Source: an uncultured Fibrobacteraceae bacterium
GTDB lineage: Bacteria > Krumholzibacteriota > Krumholzibacteriia > LZORAL124-64-63
NCBI GenBank assembly: GCA_964617805.1
Contig: CAZTWK010000002.1
Coordinates: forward strand, 20,308 to 84,307
DNA length: 64,000 bases
Reading direction: 5' to 3'
Part shown: positions 49,302-57,745 of the stretch, one piece after another
Layout of the letters: each line of letters opens with the position of its first letter
Numbering within the stretch: position 1 is the stretch's first letter
Notes under the pieces: generated by a model
The model's database searches: none
What the model was told of the DNA's origin: nothing
What the model saw: the letters and a program-made list of their open reading frames with translations, nothing else
Program-made: the position numbers and the translations under genes

Positions 49302-49742
49302 TCAGTCCAGGAGCGACTTGAGCCCCTCCAGGGCCAGGCCGTAACCGCCCGGTCCGAAGCCCGCCACGCGCGCGGCGACCACGTCCGCGATCAGGTTCGT
49401 GCGCCGGAACGCCTCCCGGGCATCCGGATTGGAGAGATGGATCTCCACCACCGGCACCTTCACGCAGAGCAGCGCGTCCCGCACCGCCACCGAGGTGTGG
49501 GTGTAGGCCGCGGCGTTGATCAGCAGGCCGTCGCTCTCGGCGGCGCTCTCATGGATCAGGCGCACCAGGTCGCCCTCCCCGTCGGTCTGGCGGCACCGCA
49601 CCGCGAGGTCCAGCTCGCGCCCCCGCTCCACGCAGTAGCGCTCCAGCGCCTCGTAGCTGGACTCCCCGTAGTGCTCGCTCTCGCGCGTCGCGAGCTGCGC
49701 CAGATTGGGACCGTTCAGGACGGTGACGCGGCGTGTCGGCAT
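49302..49742 (-). CDS. aroQ: Type II 3-dehydroquinate dehydratase
   Basis: VLNGPNL..L..RE..HYG, INAAAYTHTSVA.RDA, EIHLSN...RE.FR. Confidence 0.93.
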   Translation of the reverse strand: MPTRRVTVLNGPNLAQLATRESEHYGESSYEALERYCVERGRELDLAVRCRQTDGEGDLVRLIHESAAESDGLLINAAAYTHTSVAVRDALLCVKVPVVEIHLSNPDAREAFRRTNLIADVVAARVAGFGPGGYGLALEGLKSLLD

Positions 49743-49744
49743 GC

Positions 49745-50461
49745 TCAACCCTCCCTGTCCTGTTCCGAGACCCAGGCGTCGAAACGGCTGCGGTTGAGGT
49801 CCTCGGGGGACGCGTCCTCCGACTGCGCGGGCGCATCAGCCGCCGCTTCGAGGTCCTTGATGCGGGTCACGATGTCCTCGCGGTCCGGGTGGGCCTCCAG
49901 GACCTGGTAGAGAATGCGCAGGGCCTTGTCCCGGTGGCCCTGGGCGAGATAGATGTCCGCCAGCGTGCGCGTCACGAACATGGACGGTACCGCGTCGGCG
50001 CCCGGCGCGTCCGCCTCGGCGACGACGGGGATGTCTTCGGTCGTCGCGGCCTCGACGGCCACCGGTTGCGGCGCGATCTCCGGCTCGGGCGCCGCCTCGA
50101 CGACGGGCTCCGGCTCGGGCGCCGCCTCGACGGCGGGTTCGGGCTCGGGCGCGACCTCGGGGACATCGCCGCGGCAACACCGCTCCAGGGCCTTCGCGGC
50201 CAGGGCGTGACCGGGGTCCTGTTCCAGCACCTGGCCGATCAGCTCGGCCGCGTCGTCGAAGGACTCCCGCGCCAGCAGGCACTGGCCGAGCAGCCAGCGT
50301 GCCGATACCGAGTCGGGGCAACGGTCCAGCCCGGCGCGCAGCAACCCGATCGCCGTGCCGTGGTCGCCGTTGCGGCGCCGGAGGTCGGCAAGGGCGATGA
50401 AGTGCCGGCCGCGCGGGTTGCGCTCGTGTTGCATCTCGAAGTACCTGATCTGTCGTTCCAC
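49745..50461 (-). CDS. TPR-containing protein with Pro/Glu-rich linker; start uncertain (50500, 50461 or 50434)
   Basis: NPRGRHFIALAD..R, TPR helices, FVTRTLADIYLAQGH. Confidence 0.75.
   Translation of the reverse strand: MERQIRYFEMQHERNPRGRHFIALADLRRRNGDHGTAIGLLRAGLDRCPDSVSARWLLGQCLLARESFDDAAELIGQVLEQDPGHALAAKALERCCRGDVPEVAPEPEPAVEAAPEPEPVVEAAPEPEIAPQPVAVEAATTEDIPVVAEADAPGADAVPSMFVTRTLADIYLAQGHRDKALRILYQVLEAHPDREDIVTRIKDLEAAADAPAQSEDASPEDLNRSRFDAWVSEQDREG
50081..50160. repeat. 30-bp coding tandem repeat, about 2.7 copies (EPEP[A/V]VEAAP)
   Basis: cggctcgggcgccgcctcga recurs at 50081 and 50111, degenerate at 50141. Confidence 0.8.
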
Positions 50462-50525
50462 CGGACGTGTCCGCCTTTCTCGTGAGCCTTGGGGGAACAA
50501 GTCTAGTTGCGCGCGCCGCGGCCCG

Positions 50526-51221
50526 TCAAGACAACAGGCCCAGCCAGTCGCCCAGCAGGTGCTGGAAACGCCCTATGAGCAGGGCCACGCGGGCCATCAC
50601 CGCCGAGCCGAAGGAGGCCCCGAAGGTCACCAGCATGAAGAACAGGCCCAGCCGGGCGACACCCCCGTAGGCGCCGCGGTGCTGCCGCGTGTTGATGAAG
50701 TAGACGATGCCGCTGAGGGTGCCGACCAGGATCAGCAGGGCCGCCAGGGATTCCTGCCACAACCAGCGGCCGTCGACCGTCGGCACCAGGCCGTGGCCGA
50801 CGGTGGCCCGGATCTGGTAGATGAAGTCCGAGCGGATGTAGCGTACCAGCCCGTAGCCCGCCGTGGTGCCGATCACGAAGGCGGTGGGCCAGCGCCCCAG
50901 CCAGGCCCAGGACGGCACCAGCCGGCAGAGCATGAGCAGGCCCAGGGCCAGGGGGATCAGGGCGGTGGGATCGACCGTGCCCGGCGCGGCGTCGGGATGG
51001 GTGACGCGGCCGGCCGCGGGCGCCAGCTTCAGGATCACCTGGGGCCAGAGGGTCGTCCAGAAGCCGACCACCATCCAGTAGGCCGCGCTGACCCCCACGA
51101 AGACGTGCTCGGCGATCTTGTAGAGGGGATTGTCCCGGTAGAGGAAGGAGAAGACCATCAGGGTCAGCAGGGCGCTCACCCAGACGGACAGTTCGGTGCT
51201 CAGGTGCACGGCCGCGATCAT
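50526..51221 (-). CDS. Multi-pass membrane protein of unknown function (module gene D)
   Basis: About 6-7 hydrophobic helices; SFLYRDNPLYKIAEH.FVG; ATGA-coupled to the upstream gene. Confidence 0.8.
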   Translation of the reverse strand: MIAAVHLSTELSVWVSALLTLMVFSFLYRDNPLYKIAEHVFVGVSAAYWMVVGFWTTLWPQVILKLAPAAGRVTHPDAAPGTVDPTALIPLALGLLMLCRLVPSWAWLGRWPTAFVIGTTAGYGLVRYIRSDFIYQIRATVGHGLVPTVDGRWLWQESLAALLILVGTLSGIVYFINTRQHRGAYGGVARLGLFFMLVTFGASFGSAVMARVALLIGRFQHLLGDWLGLLS

Positions 51222-52087
51222 GCCCCCTCCTTCCGCCGCCGCGCCAGCCACAGGCCCAGGTTGCCCAGCAGGATGAAGGCCACGATGACCACGTGGGCCA
51301 CGGCCTGGGGGCCCATGCCCTGCGTGGCGCGCTGCACCCGGGGTACGGCCTCGGGGTAGCCCGCCGCCAGCGCCGCCTCGTACTCGGCCGCGCCTTTCAG
51401 GGCGCCCATCAGGCCCACCAGCTGCAGGGGGTAGTAGGGGAAGAACTGGGGCGCGCCGACGCCCGTGCAGCCGCCCGCCACGGGCACCTCCAGCACGTCG
51501 CCGGCGTAGAGGATCCACTCCTTGAGGCCCGGCATGCCCGCCGAGAGGCTCACGATCAGCCCGAAGTCGCCCAGCCCCCGCACGTCGCTCAGGGCTGGCA
51601 GCGAGGACAGGGACGCACCGCCCATGTCCGTGGCGTAGCGCGCCGTCAGCGAATCGCGCAGGGAGTTGATGAACATCTCGCCGCCGGCCTGGAAACCGAG
51701 ACGCACCCAGTCGCGTCCCTCCGCCGCCTCGGGGAACTCGGCCTCGCAGATCCGGGTGACCACCCGGGCGATCATGTTGTTGCCGGTGGGCCACAGGGAG
51801 ACGTAGCAGACCGGGTGTCCCGTCAGCAGCAGGTGGCGGGTCAGGGCCTCCGCCATGGGCTCCAGCTCCGGGGCCGAACTCGGCGAGTAGTCCAGGGACA
51901 TCAGGACGGGCGTGCCGGCGGGCAGGGCCTCGATGTGGTCGTAGATGGGGCGCACCACATCGCTGGGCCGGTCGGGGAAATAAAGACCCGAGAGCAGCGC
52001 CGCGCAGACCGACGCGGCCAGGACCAGGTAGATCCAGCGCCTGTCCAGCGCCTCGGCGCGCACGAGGATGTCGGCCACGCGCCTCAT
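51218..52087 (-). CDS. Membrane-anchored alpha/beta protein of unknown function (module gene C)
   Basis: N- and C-terminal TMs around a soluble domain; SLDYSP..APELEPM, GLMGALKGAAEYE, GMGPQ..AH. Confidence 0.8.
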   Translation of the reverse strand: MRRVADILVRAEALDRRWIYLVLAASVCAALLSGLYFPDRPSDVVRPIYDHIEALPAGTPVLMSLDYSPSSAPELEPMAEALTRHLLLTGHPVCYVSLWPTGNNMIARVVTRICEAEFPEAAEGRDWVRLGFQAGGEMFINSLRDSLTARYATDMGGASLSSLPALSDVRGLGDFGLIVSLSAGMPGLKEWILYAGDVLEVPVAGGCTGVGAPQFFPYYPLQLVGLMGALKGAAEYEAALAAGYPEAVPRVQRATQGMGPQAVAHVVIVAFILLGNLGLWLARRRKEGA

Positions 52088-52806
52088 TCGCCGGACCTCC
52101 CCCCCTGCCCCTTCTCGACGCCCATGATCAGGCGCATGGCCATGGCCACCACGCCCAGGGCGATGCCGATCATGATGGCCCGCTGTCCGGCGGTGTTGGG
52201 CACCTTGAGGATCCACAGGGAGAGTTCCTCCATGCGCAACAGCGCCAGGGGTGCCGGCAGCCAGGAGGTGACGGTGGCGCCGAGGGGGATGCGGCCCAGC
52301 AGCACGATCAGCGCCGACACGAGCAGGATGGTCGATTCCACGCTGCGGGCCCGAAAGGCCCGGAACGACGCCGAAGCGATGTAGAAGGCCAGCAGGGCGT
52401 AGAGGGTGGCGTGCAGGGGGCTGAGCACCGTCTCGAAGATCCCCGTCAGCCAGCCGTCCGGGGCCGTGGCGGCGCCCTGCAGTCCGGGCGGACCGCCGAG
52501 CTTGACCATCCCGACCACCAGCACGGTCACGAAGCTCACCAGCGTGATCAGGGAGTAGCGCCAGTCGGCGGCGCGCGCGCTCACCTTGCGCCAGTGGGTG
52601 CGCATGAGGTTGACGCCGCCGAGGGTGAAGGCGAAGACGGCCAGCACGCTGAACCACACGGAGAAGTGCTGGTCGCAGAAGGCCAGCAGGCGCGTCACCC
52701 CGGGGGCGCCGGGCCCGTCGGGACGCGCGACGAAGGCCGAGGCGACCAGCAGCAGGGCCACCGTGCTCAGGATGATCTGCCCGATCCGCCGGCGCATGCC
52801 GCTCAC
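52084..52806 (-). CDS. Multi-pass membrane protein of unknown function (module gene B)
   Basis: About 6 TMs; PLHATLYALLAFYIASASFRAFRARS, VPNTAGQRAI.IG.ALG. Confidence 0.8.
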   Translation of the reverse strand: MSGMRRRIGQIILSTVALLLVASAFVARPDGPGAPGVTRLLAFCDQHFSVWFSVLAVFAFTLGGVNLMRTHWRKVSARAADWRYSLITLVSFVTVLVVGMVKLGGPPGLQGAATAPDGWLTGIFETVLSPLHATLYALLAFYIASASFRAFRARSVESTILLVSALIVLLGRIPLGATVTSWLPAPLALLRMEELSLWILKVPNTAGQRAIMIGIALGVVAMAMRLIMGVEKGQGGRSGE

Positions 52807-53615
52807 CCCGCCCGGAAGAGGTCGAAGAAGAGATCGCGCAGCCGCGCGAACACGGGCGCGCCGCCCAGGTCTGCCACGGTCACGACCAGCACGCCGGCCA
52901 GGATGAAGGCGATGGCGACGACCTTGCCCAGGTCCTGGCCCCGCAGGCTGCCGAGCATGGGCCGGTCACGCGCCAGCGAGGCGCCGGCCGCGAAGAACTC
53001 CTCCCCGATGAGCGTGTGGTCGCAGGCGGCCACGAAGAAGGGCAGCTGGACCGGACTGGCGGTGCCCGCGATCTGCACGGCCCCCACGTGCTGCCCGCCC
53101 TCGGCGAGCAGCAGGGACTCCGACGCGAAGTAGCCCATGAAGAGGCAGAGCCCGGGGCGCTGTCTTTCGATCAGGCCGTCGACGCGGGCCACGAAGCCGA
53201 GCTGGTCGTCGGAGATGTAGCTCACCTGGTCCTCGTCCCAGAGATCCTCGCGGCCGGCCTCGGCGTAGGCCGTGCGGCAGATGTCGCGGGCGGCCTCCAT
53301 GACCATGCTGCGGCTGGTGGGCACGAAGAGGCGGCCCCCGCCCCGGGCCACCTGGGCCGCCACGGGTGCCAGGACCGAGAGGGCGGCCACGGTCTGCATG
53401 TTGTCGAGGTCGCGGACGCCCGGCACGAAGAAGACGGGCCGACCGGCCGCCACGGCCTGCGCCACGGCCGCCTCGATGGCGTCCAGGGCGGCGAAGTCGC
53501 GCAGACCGCTTCCGCGGCCCCGACGCGCGCGCAGGATGGACCAGGCGATCAGGCCGCAGAGCACGAGCGTCATCAGCAGCACGTTGCCGGTCTGGGTGTC
53601 GAGATAGGAGCTCAC
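52803..53615 (-). CDS. DUF6754-like membrane-anchored protein (module gene A)
   Basis: TM-domain-TM; GYFASESLLLAEGG..VGAVQIAGT, QLPFFVAACDHTLIGEEFFA, GSLRGQD.GK. Family recalled from motifs, not searched. Confidence 0.72.
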   Translation of the reverse strand: MSSYLDTQTGNVLLMTLVLCGLIAWSILRARRGRGSGLRDFAALDAIEAAVAQAVAAGRPVFFVPGVRDLDNMQTVAALSVLAPVAAQVARGGGRLFVPTSRSMVMEAARDICRTAYAEAGREDLWDEDQVSYISDDQLGFVARVDGLIERQRPGLCLFMGYFASESLLLAEGGQHVGAVQIAGTASPVQLPFFVAACDHTLIGEEFFAAGASLARDRPMLGSLRGQDLGKVVAIAFILAGVLVVTVADLGGAPVFARLRDLFFDLFRAG

Positions 53616-53968
53616 GGCGCGGCCGCCTCCCGCCGCGGGGCCGGACCGCCGGTCTCAAGACGGTGCAGCAGCCGGTCCAGGTTCGCGCGGGATTCCAGCA
53701 GACGGGCCAGGCGCCGGTGCCCGTCCCCGTCGACCATGACGTCCATCAGGGGCGTAGCCAGGTGCAGGAGCTGGGAGCCCAGGAAGGAGAGCGGGCGCAG
53801 GCTCGCCAGCCAGAGGACGGCCGCCGGGGCGAGGCCGGCCGTGCGCAGGCGGTCGGCGAGACCGTCCAGGAACCGGGCGTCCGCGGCCGAAAGCGAAGGC
53901 GCCCCCTCCGCGCCGGTGGCGGAGGGGGCGGGTCCGTGCGGCTGACGGGTGCCGGCCGGGCGACTCAT
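53612..53968 (-). CDS. Small hypothetical protein (module gene E)
   Basis: LASLRPLSFLGSQLLH..P..LLESRANLDRLL; 4-nt overlaps with both neighbours. Confidence 0.7.
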   Translation of the reverse strand: MSRPAGTRQPHGPAPSATGAEGAPSLSAADARFLDGLADRLRTAGLAPAAVLWLASLRPLSFLGSQLLHLATPLMDVMVDGDGHRRLARLLESRANLDRLLHRLETGGPAPRREAAAP

Positions 53969-55623
53969 CCCGCCTGCCGCTTGATGTGGGCCATGACCGC
54001 GGCCATGTCGTCCAGGCGGCCCGCCTGGGCCGTCAGCGATTCGGCCGAGGCGATCTCGGCGGCGAAGGTGCCGATCTCGGACAGGGCCTCCGCGTCACCG
54101 GGGTCGGCCGGGCCGGTGAGGCAGGCGACGATGCCCGCGCCCACGTCGGCCAGGATGCTGCGGGCCTGCAGGCGGCTCATGGCGGCGTAGGCCTCGGCAT
54201 CGCCCTCGCCCGCCTCGGCGCGGGCGGCGGCACGGCGGCAGAAGGCGCCCGACACCTCGCAGGCGGTCATCATGTCGGCCAGGGCGAACTGGATGGACTG
54301 GCGCGTGGCCGTGCGCTTGCGGTGGCAGAACTGGATCGCGGCGTTGAGATCGCGCGTGGCGTCGGCGACCATCTCGGCGCCGAGATCGCCGTGCGCCTCG
54401 TGCAGGGTGTCCAGGTCCGCGGCGAGAGCCTCGTACCAGCCGCCCTTCGAGCGCACCGTCTCCTTCCAGCGGAACATGCCGATGATGCTCTGCAGGATCT
54501 CGCTGGTGCCCTCGTAGATGGTGGTGATGCGTACGTCGCGCTTGATCTTCTCCACGATGTACTCGCGCGTGTAGCCGTAGCCGCCCAGGGCCTGGATCGC
54601 GTCCTCGGCCGCCTTGTTGCCCCGCTCGGTGCACCAGTACTTGGCGACGGCGCCCTCCACCTGCAGGCCCTCCTCGCCCGAGTCCAGGCGCAGGGCGATC
54701 TCCTCGGCGTAGGCGCGTCCCGCCTCCAGAGCCACCCAGTTGGGCACGATCAGCTTGGCGCAGTAGCCTTCCTTCTCGATGAGCGGCGACCCGAACTGGA
54801 TCCGCTCCTTGGCGTAGCGTACCGCGCGGTCGAGGGCCGCCTTGCCGGCGCCCAGGCCGAAGGCGCCCACCATCAGGCGCGTGTAGCCGAAGACGGCGTT
54901 GGCCTGCTTGAGGCCCTGCCCTTCGACGCCGCCGATGAGCTGGTCGACGGGGACCTCCACGTCCTCGAGGATGACGCCCGCGGTGTCGGAGGCGCGGATG
55001 CCGTGCTTCTCCTCGTGACGGCCGGCCGACAGCCCCGGCGTGTCGCGCTCGACCACGAAGAAGGTGGGACCGTCGGGCGTCTTGGCCAGGATGGTGTAGA
55101 TCTCGGCGAAGCTGCCGTTGGTGATGAACTGCTTGGTGCCGTTGATGCGGTAGCCGGTCAGGTTGCCGTCGGCGTCCATGACGCGCTCGGCCACCGTCTG
55201 CAGCGACGCCACGTTGCTGCCCGCGGCGGGTTCGGTGACGCCGTAGGCCACGATCTTGCCCTCGGCGATCTTGCCCAGCCACTTGGCCTTCTGCTCGTCG
55301 GTGCCGCCGACGATGATGGGGTCGGTCCCCAGGCAGATGGCCAGGAACGAGGTCGCCAGGCCCAGGTCGATGACCGCCATCTCCTCCGAGACGCGGCACA
55401 CGTCCAGGGCGCCGCCGCCCAGGCCGCCCACCGATTCGGGGAGGAAGATGAGGTGCAGGCCGACGTCCGGCGAGAGCAGGGTCCGGATGAACTCCAGGGG
55501 GAACTCGTCCTTGGCGTCGAGGTCCAGCTGGCGTTCCTCGGGCATGTCCCGCAGGCACACCTGTCGCATGGCCTCGATCATCATGTCGCGCATCTCTGGG
55601 CTGAGCCCGGCTGTCTTGGTCAT
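53965..55623 (-). CDS. Acyl-CoA dehydrogenase with C-terminal extension
   Basis: YGVTEPAAGSNV, GTKQFITNG, EEKHGIRASDT, RIQFG, QALGGYGY, TIYEGTSEI. Confidence 0.92.
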   Translation of the reverse strand: MTKTAGLSPEMRDMMIEAMRQVCLRDMPEERQLDLDAKDEFPLEFIRTLLSPDVGLHLIFLPESVGGLGGGALDVCRVSEEMAVIDLGLATSFLAICLGTDPIIVGGTDEQKAKWLGKIAEGKIVAYGVTEPAAGSNVASLQTVAERVMDADGNLTGYRINGTKQFITNGSFAEIYTILAKTPDGPTFFVVERDTPGLSAGRHEEKHGIRASDTAGVILEDVEVPVDQLIGGVEGQGLKQANAVFGYTRLMVGAFGLGAGKAALDRAVRYAKERIQFGSPLIEKEGYCAKLIVPNWVALEAGRAYAEEIALRLDSGEEGLQVEGAVAKYWCTERGNKAAEDAIQALGGYGYTREYIVEKIKRDVRITTIYEGTSEILQSIIGMFRWKETVRSKGGWYEALAADLDTLHEAHGDLGAEMVADATRDLNAAIQFCHRKRTATRQSIQFALADMMTACEVSGAFCRRAAARAEAGEGDAEAYAAMSRLQARSILADVGAGIVACLTGPADPGDAEALSEIGTFAAEIASAESLTAQAGRLDDMAAVMAHIKRQAG

Positions 55624-56558
55624 GGGTCTCTCCTGGTCATCAGTTCCGGGTCGAAGGTGATCCGGCCTTCGCCGATGCTCACGCAGTGGCCGCCGACGTG
55701 GATGGAGACGGCCTTGCCGTCCTCCACGTCGGCCTCGACGAAGAGGCGGCTGGGGCGGCCCATCTCCAGTCCCTGCTCGCAGACGATGCGGGCCCGCGGG
55801 CCCGAGGGGACGAGCCGGTGCTTGATCATGTAGGCGATCAGCGCGCCCACGGCGCTGCCGGTGGCGGCGTCCTCGGGAATCCCGAAGCCGTGGGCGAACA
55901 TGCGGCAGTGGACGTCGGTGTCCTCGCTCGCCGTCTCGCAGGTGAAGACGAAGAGGTCGCCGAAGCCGAGGTCGTTGACGATCTCGCGCGCGGCGGCGCG
56001 GCTGAGCTTGATGCCCCGCACCGTGTCCAGCGAGGCCAGGGGCACGATGTGGATGGGCAGGCCCGCCGAGACGATCTCGCAGGGCATGCCCGTGATGGCG
56101 ATGTCCTGCTCGGCGAGGCCCAGGGCGCGCGCCACCTTGCCGCGCTGGTAGTATTGGCCGATGAACTCCGCCGGTTCGTGGGCCATGCTGAAGAGGGTGT
56201 CGCCGTTCTCGTACCTGAGGGTCACGGGATGGAAACCCGTCTCGGTCTGCCAGGTGAAGGTGGTCTCGTCCTCGTCGCGCGGGATCAGGCCGCGCGCGTC
56301 CAGGGCGCAGGTGGCGCCGACCACCGAGAGGCCGGACAGGGGCACCTCGGCCGAGGGCGTGAAGATGCGCAGGCGGCCCTGGCTCGACGCCGCGTCGCCC
56401 CGCGTCACGAAGGCCGTCTCGGGCGTGCCCATCTCGTTGGCGATGATCTGCATCATGTCGGTGGACAGGCCGCCGCCCTCGGGAAAGAGGGTCAGGCGGC
56501 TGCCGCCGAAGGGCACCCGCGTGAAGACGTCGATCAGTACGTAGTCGCGTTCGACCAA
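55620..56558 (-). CDS. PhzF-family (DAP-epimerase fold) isomerase-like protein
   Basis: DVFT..PFGG, ETAFV, RIFTP..E, RMFA..FGIPEDAATGSA, QGLEMGRPS; TTG start inferred. Confidence 0.85.
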   Translation of the reverse strand: MVERDYVLIDVFTRVPFGGSRLTLFPEGGGLSTDMMQIIANEMGTPETAFVTRGDAASSQGRLRIFTPSAEVPLSGLSVVGATCALDARGLIPRDEDETTFTWQTETGFHPVTLRYENGDTLFSMAHEPAEFIGQYYQRGKVARALGLAEQDIAITGMPCEIVSAGLPIHIVPLASLDTVRGIKLSRAAAREIVNDLGFGDLFVFTCETASEDTDVHCRMFAHGFGIPEDAATGSAVGALIAYMIKHRLVPSGPRARIVCEQGLEMGRPSRLFVEADVEDGKAVSIHVGGHCVSIGEGRITFDPELMTRRDP

Positions 56559-56615
56559 GGCCGTCGCACCTCGGAGATGATGATGGACTCTCGACCAGGG
56601 ACGGGAAGCTGACGC

Positions 56616-56644
56616 ATGGTAGCGTTTCGTCCGGGGCAATTCAA
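56616..56644 (-). promoter_or_regulatory. Sigma70 promoter of the phzF-like / ACAD / membrane-module operon
   Basis: TTGAAT-N17-TACCAT in the acpS-phzF gap. Confidence 0.6.
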
Positions 56645-56672
56645 GGGGTCACTGGGGGTTCTTGCGCGGCTT

Positions 56673-57044
56673 TCAGTCCAGCACGACCACGGCCATGGCG
56701 TGCTCGCGCTCGTGGCTGAGGCTGAGCAGGACGCGTCCGGCGCCGGTGGCCTCGCAGGCCGCCCGGGCCACGCCGTGCAACGCGAGGGCGGGCACGCCGT
56801 CCTCGCCGCGGACCACCTCCACGTCGCGGTAGGGCACCCCCGCCGAGCGGGGGCCGAGGGCCTTGACGAAGGCCTCCTTGGCCGCCCAGCGCGCGGCCAG
56901 GGTGGCGGCGCCGGCGAGGCCCCGGCGCTGGGCCAGTTCGATCTCCCCGGGCCGGAAGCAGCGCTGCAGGAAGCGGTCGCCGTGGCGCTGCACCGCCTCG
57001 TCGATCCGGCGCACCGAGACGATGTCGCAGCCCAGGGCGCGCAT
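56673..57044 (-). CDS. acpS: Holo-ACP synthase
   Basis: LGCDIV, RWAAKEAF.KALG, LSLSHE; TGATG overlap with the upstream gene. Confidence 0.92.
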   Translation of the reverse strand: MRALGCDIVSVRRIDEAVQRHGDRFLQRCFRPGEIELAQRRGLAGAATLAARWAAKEAFVKALGPRSAGVPYRDVEVVRGEDGVPALALHGVARAACEATGAGRVLLSLSHEREHAMAVVVLD

Positions 57045-57745
57045 CAGTAGGCGCCCTTCCGCTCGATGACCGCCGGGATCGTCCTCGACAGCACCCACAG
57101 GTCGAAGCGCAGGCTGCGCTGGCGGACGTAGGCCAGGTCGAGGGCCATCCACTCGGTGAAGTCGAGCTGGCTGCGTCCGGAGACCTGCCACAGGCAGGTC
57201 AGCCCCGGCTTGACGAGCAGGCGGCGGGCCTGGGCCGGCGTGTACTCCGCCACCTCGCTGGGGATCTGGGGGCGCGGGCCCACGATGGACATGTCCCCCT
57301 TCAGCACGTTGAGCAGCTGGGGGAACTCGTCGAGGCTGCTGCTGCGAATGAAGCGTCCCACGCCGGTGATGCGCGGGTCGTCCTGGATCTTGAAGGCGGC
57401 GCCCGTCGCCTCGTTGAGGTGGCCGAGCTCGGATTTGCGCGACTCGGCGTTCCGTTCCATGGAGCGGAACTTGAAGCAGAAGAAGGGACGCCCCCGGTAG
57501 CCCACGCGCTCCTGCTTGAAGAGGATGGGTCCCGGCGAGTCCAGCTTGATCATCAGGATGAGGAAGGGCAACAAGGGCAGGATCAGGAGCAGGCCCACCA
57601 CCGCGCCCACGATGTCTATCACGCGCTTGACCAGGCCGTAGAGGCGCGATTCGAAGGGGACCGGGCCGGTCTCGTCGGCGGCGATGAAGGCCGCGAAGCC
57701 GCCGGCGGCGGCGAACACTTCCGACTCCCTGGGCGCTTCGCTCAC
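57044..57745 (-). CDS. Sugar transferase (stand-alone monotopic phosphoglycosyltransferase domain, WcaJ/PglC-like)
   Basis: KRVIDI, FKFRSM, DDPRITGVGRFIR.SSLDEFPQLLNVLKGDMSIVGPRP, KPGLTC.WQVSGR. Confidence 0.92.
   Translation of the reverse strand: MSEAPRESEVFAAAGGFAAFIAADETGPVPFESRLYGLVKRVIDIVGAVVGLLLILPLLPFLILMIKLDSPGPILFKQERVGYRGRPFFCFKFRSMERNAESRKSELGHLNEATGAAFKIQDDPRITGVGRFIRSSSLDEFPQLLNVLKGDMSIVGPRPQIPSEVAEYTPAQARRLLVKPGLTCLWQVSGRSQLDFTEWMALDLAYVRQRSLRFDLWVLSRTIPAVIERKGAY

Noticed and set aside
46656-49742. aroQ-efp-accB-accC gene order
   Set aside because: Widely conserved synteny; EF-P has the ordinary PGKG lysine loop.
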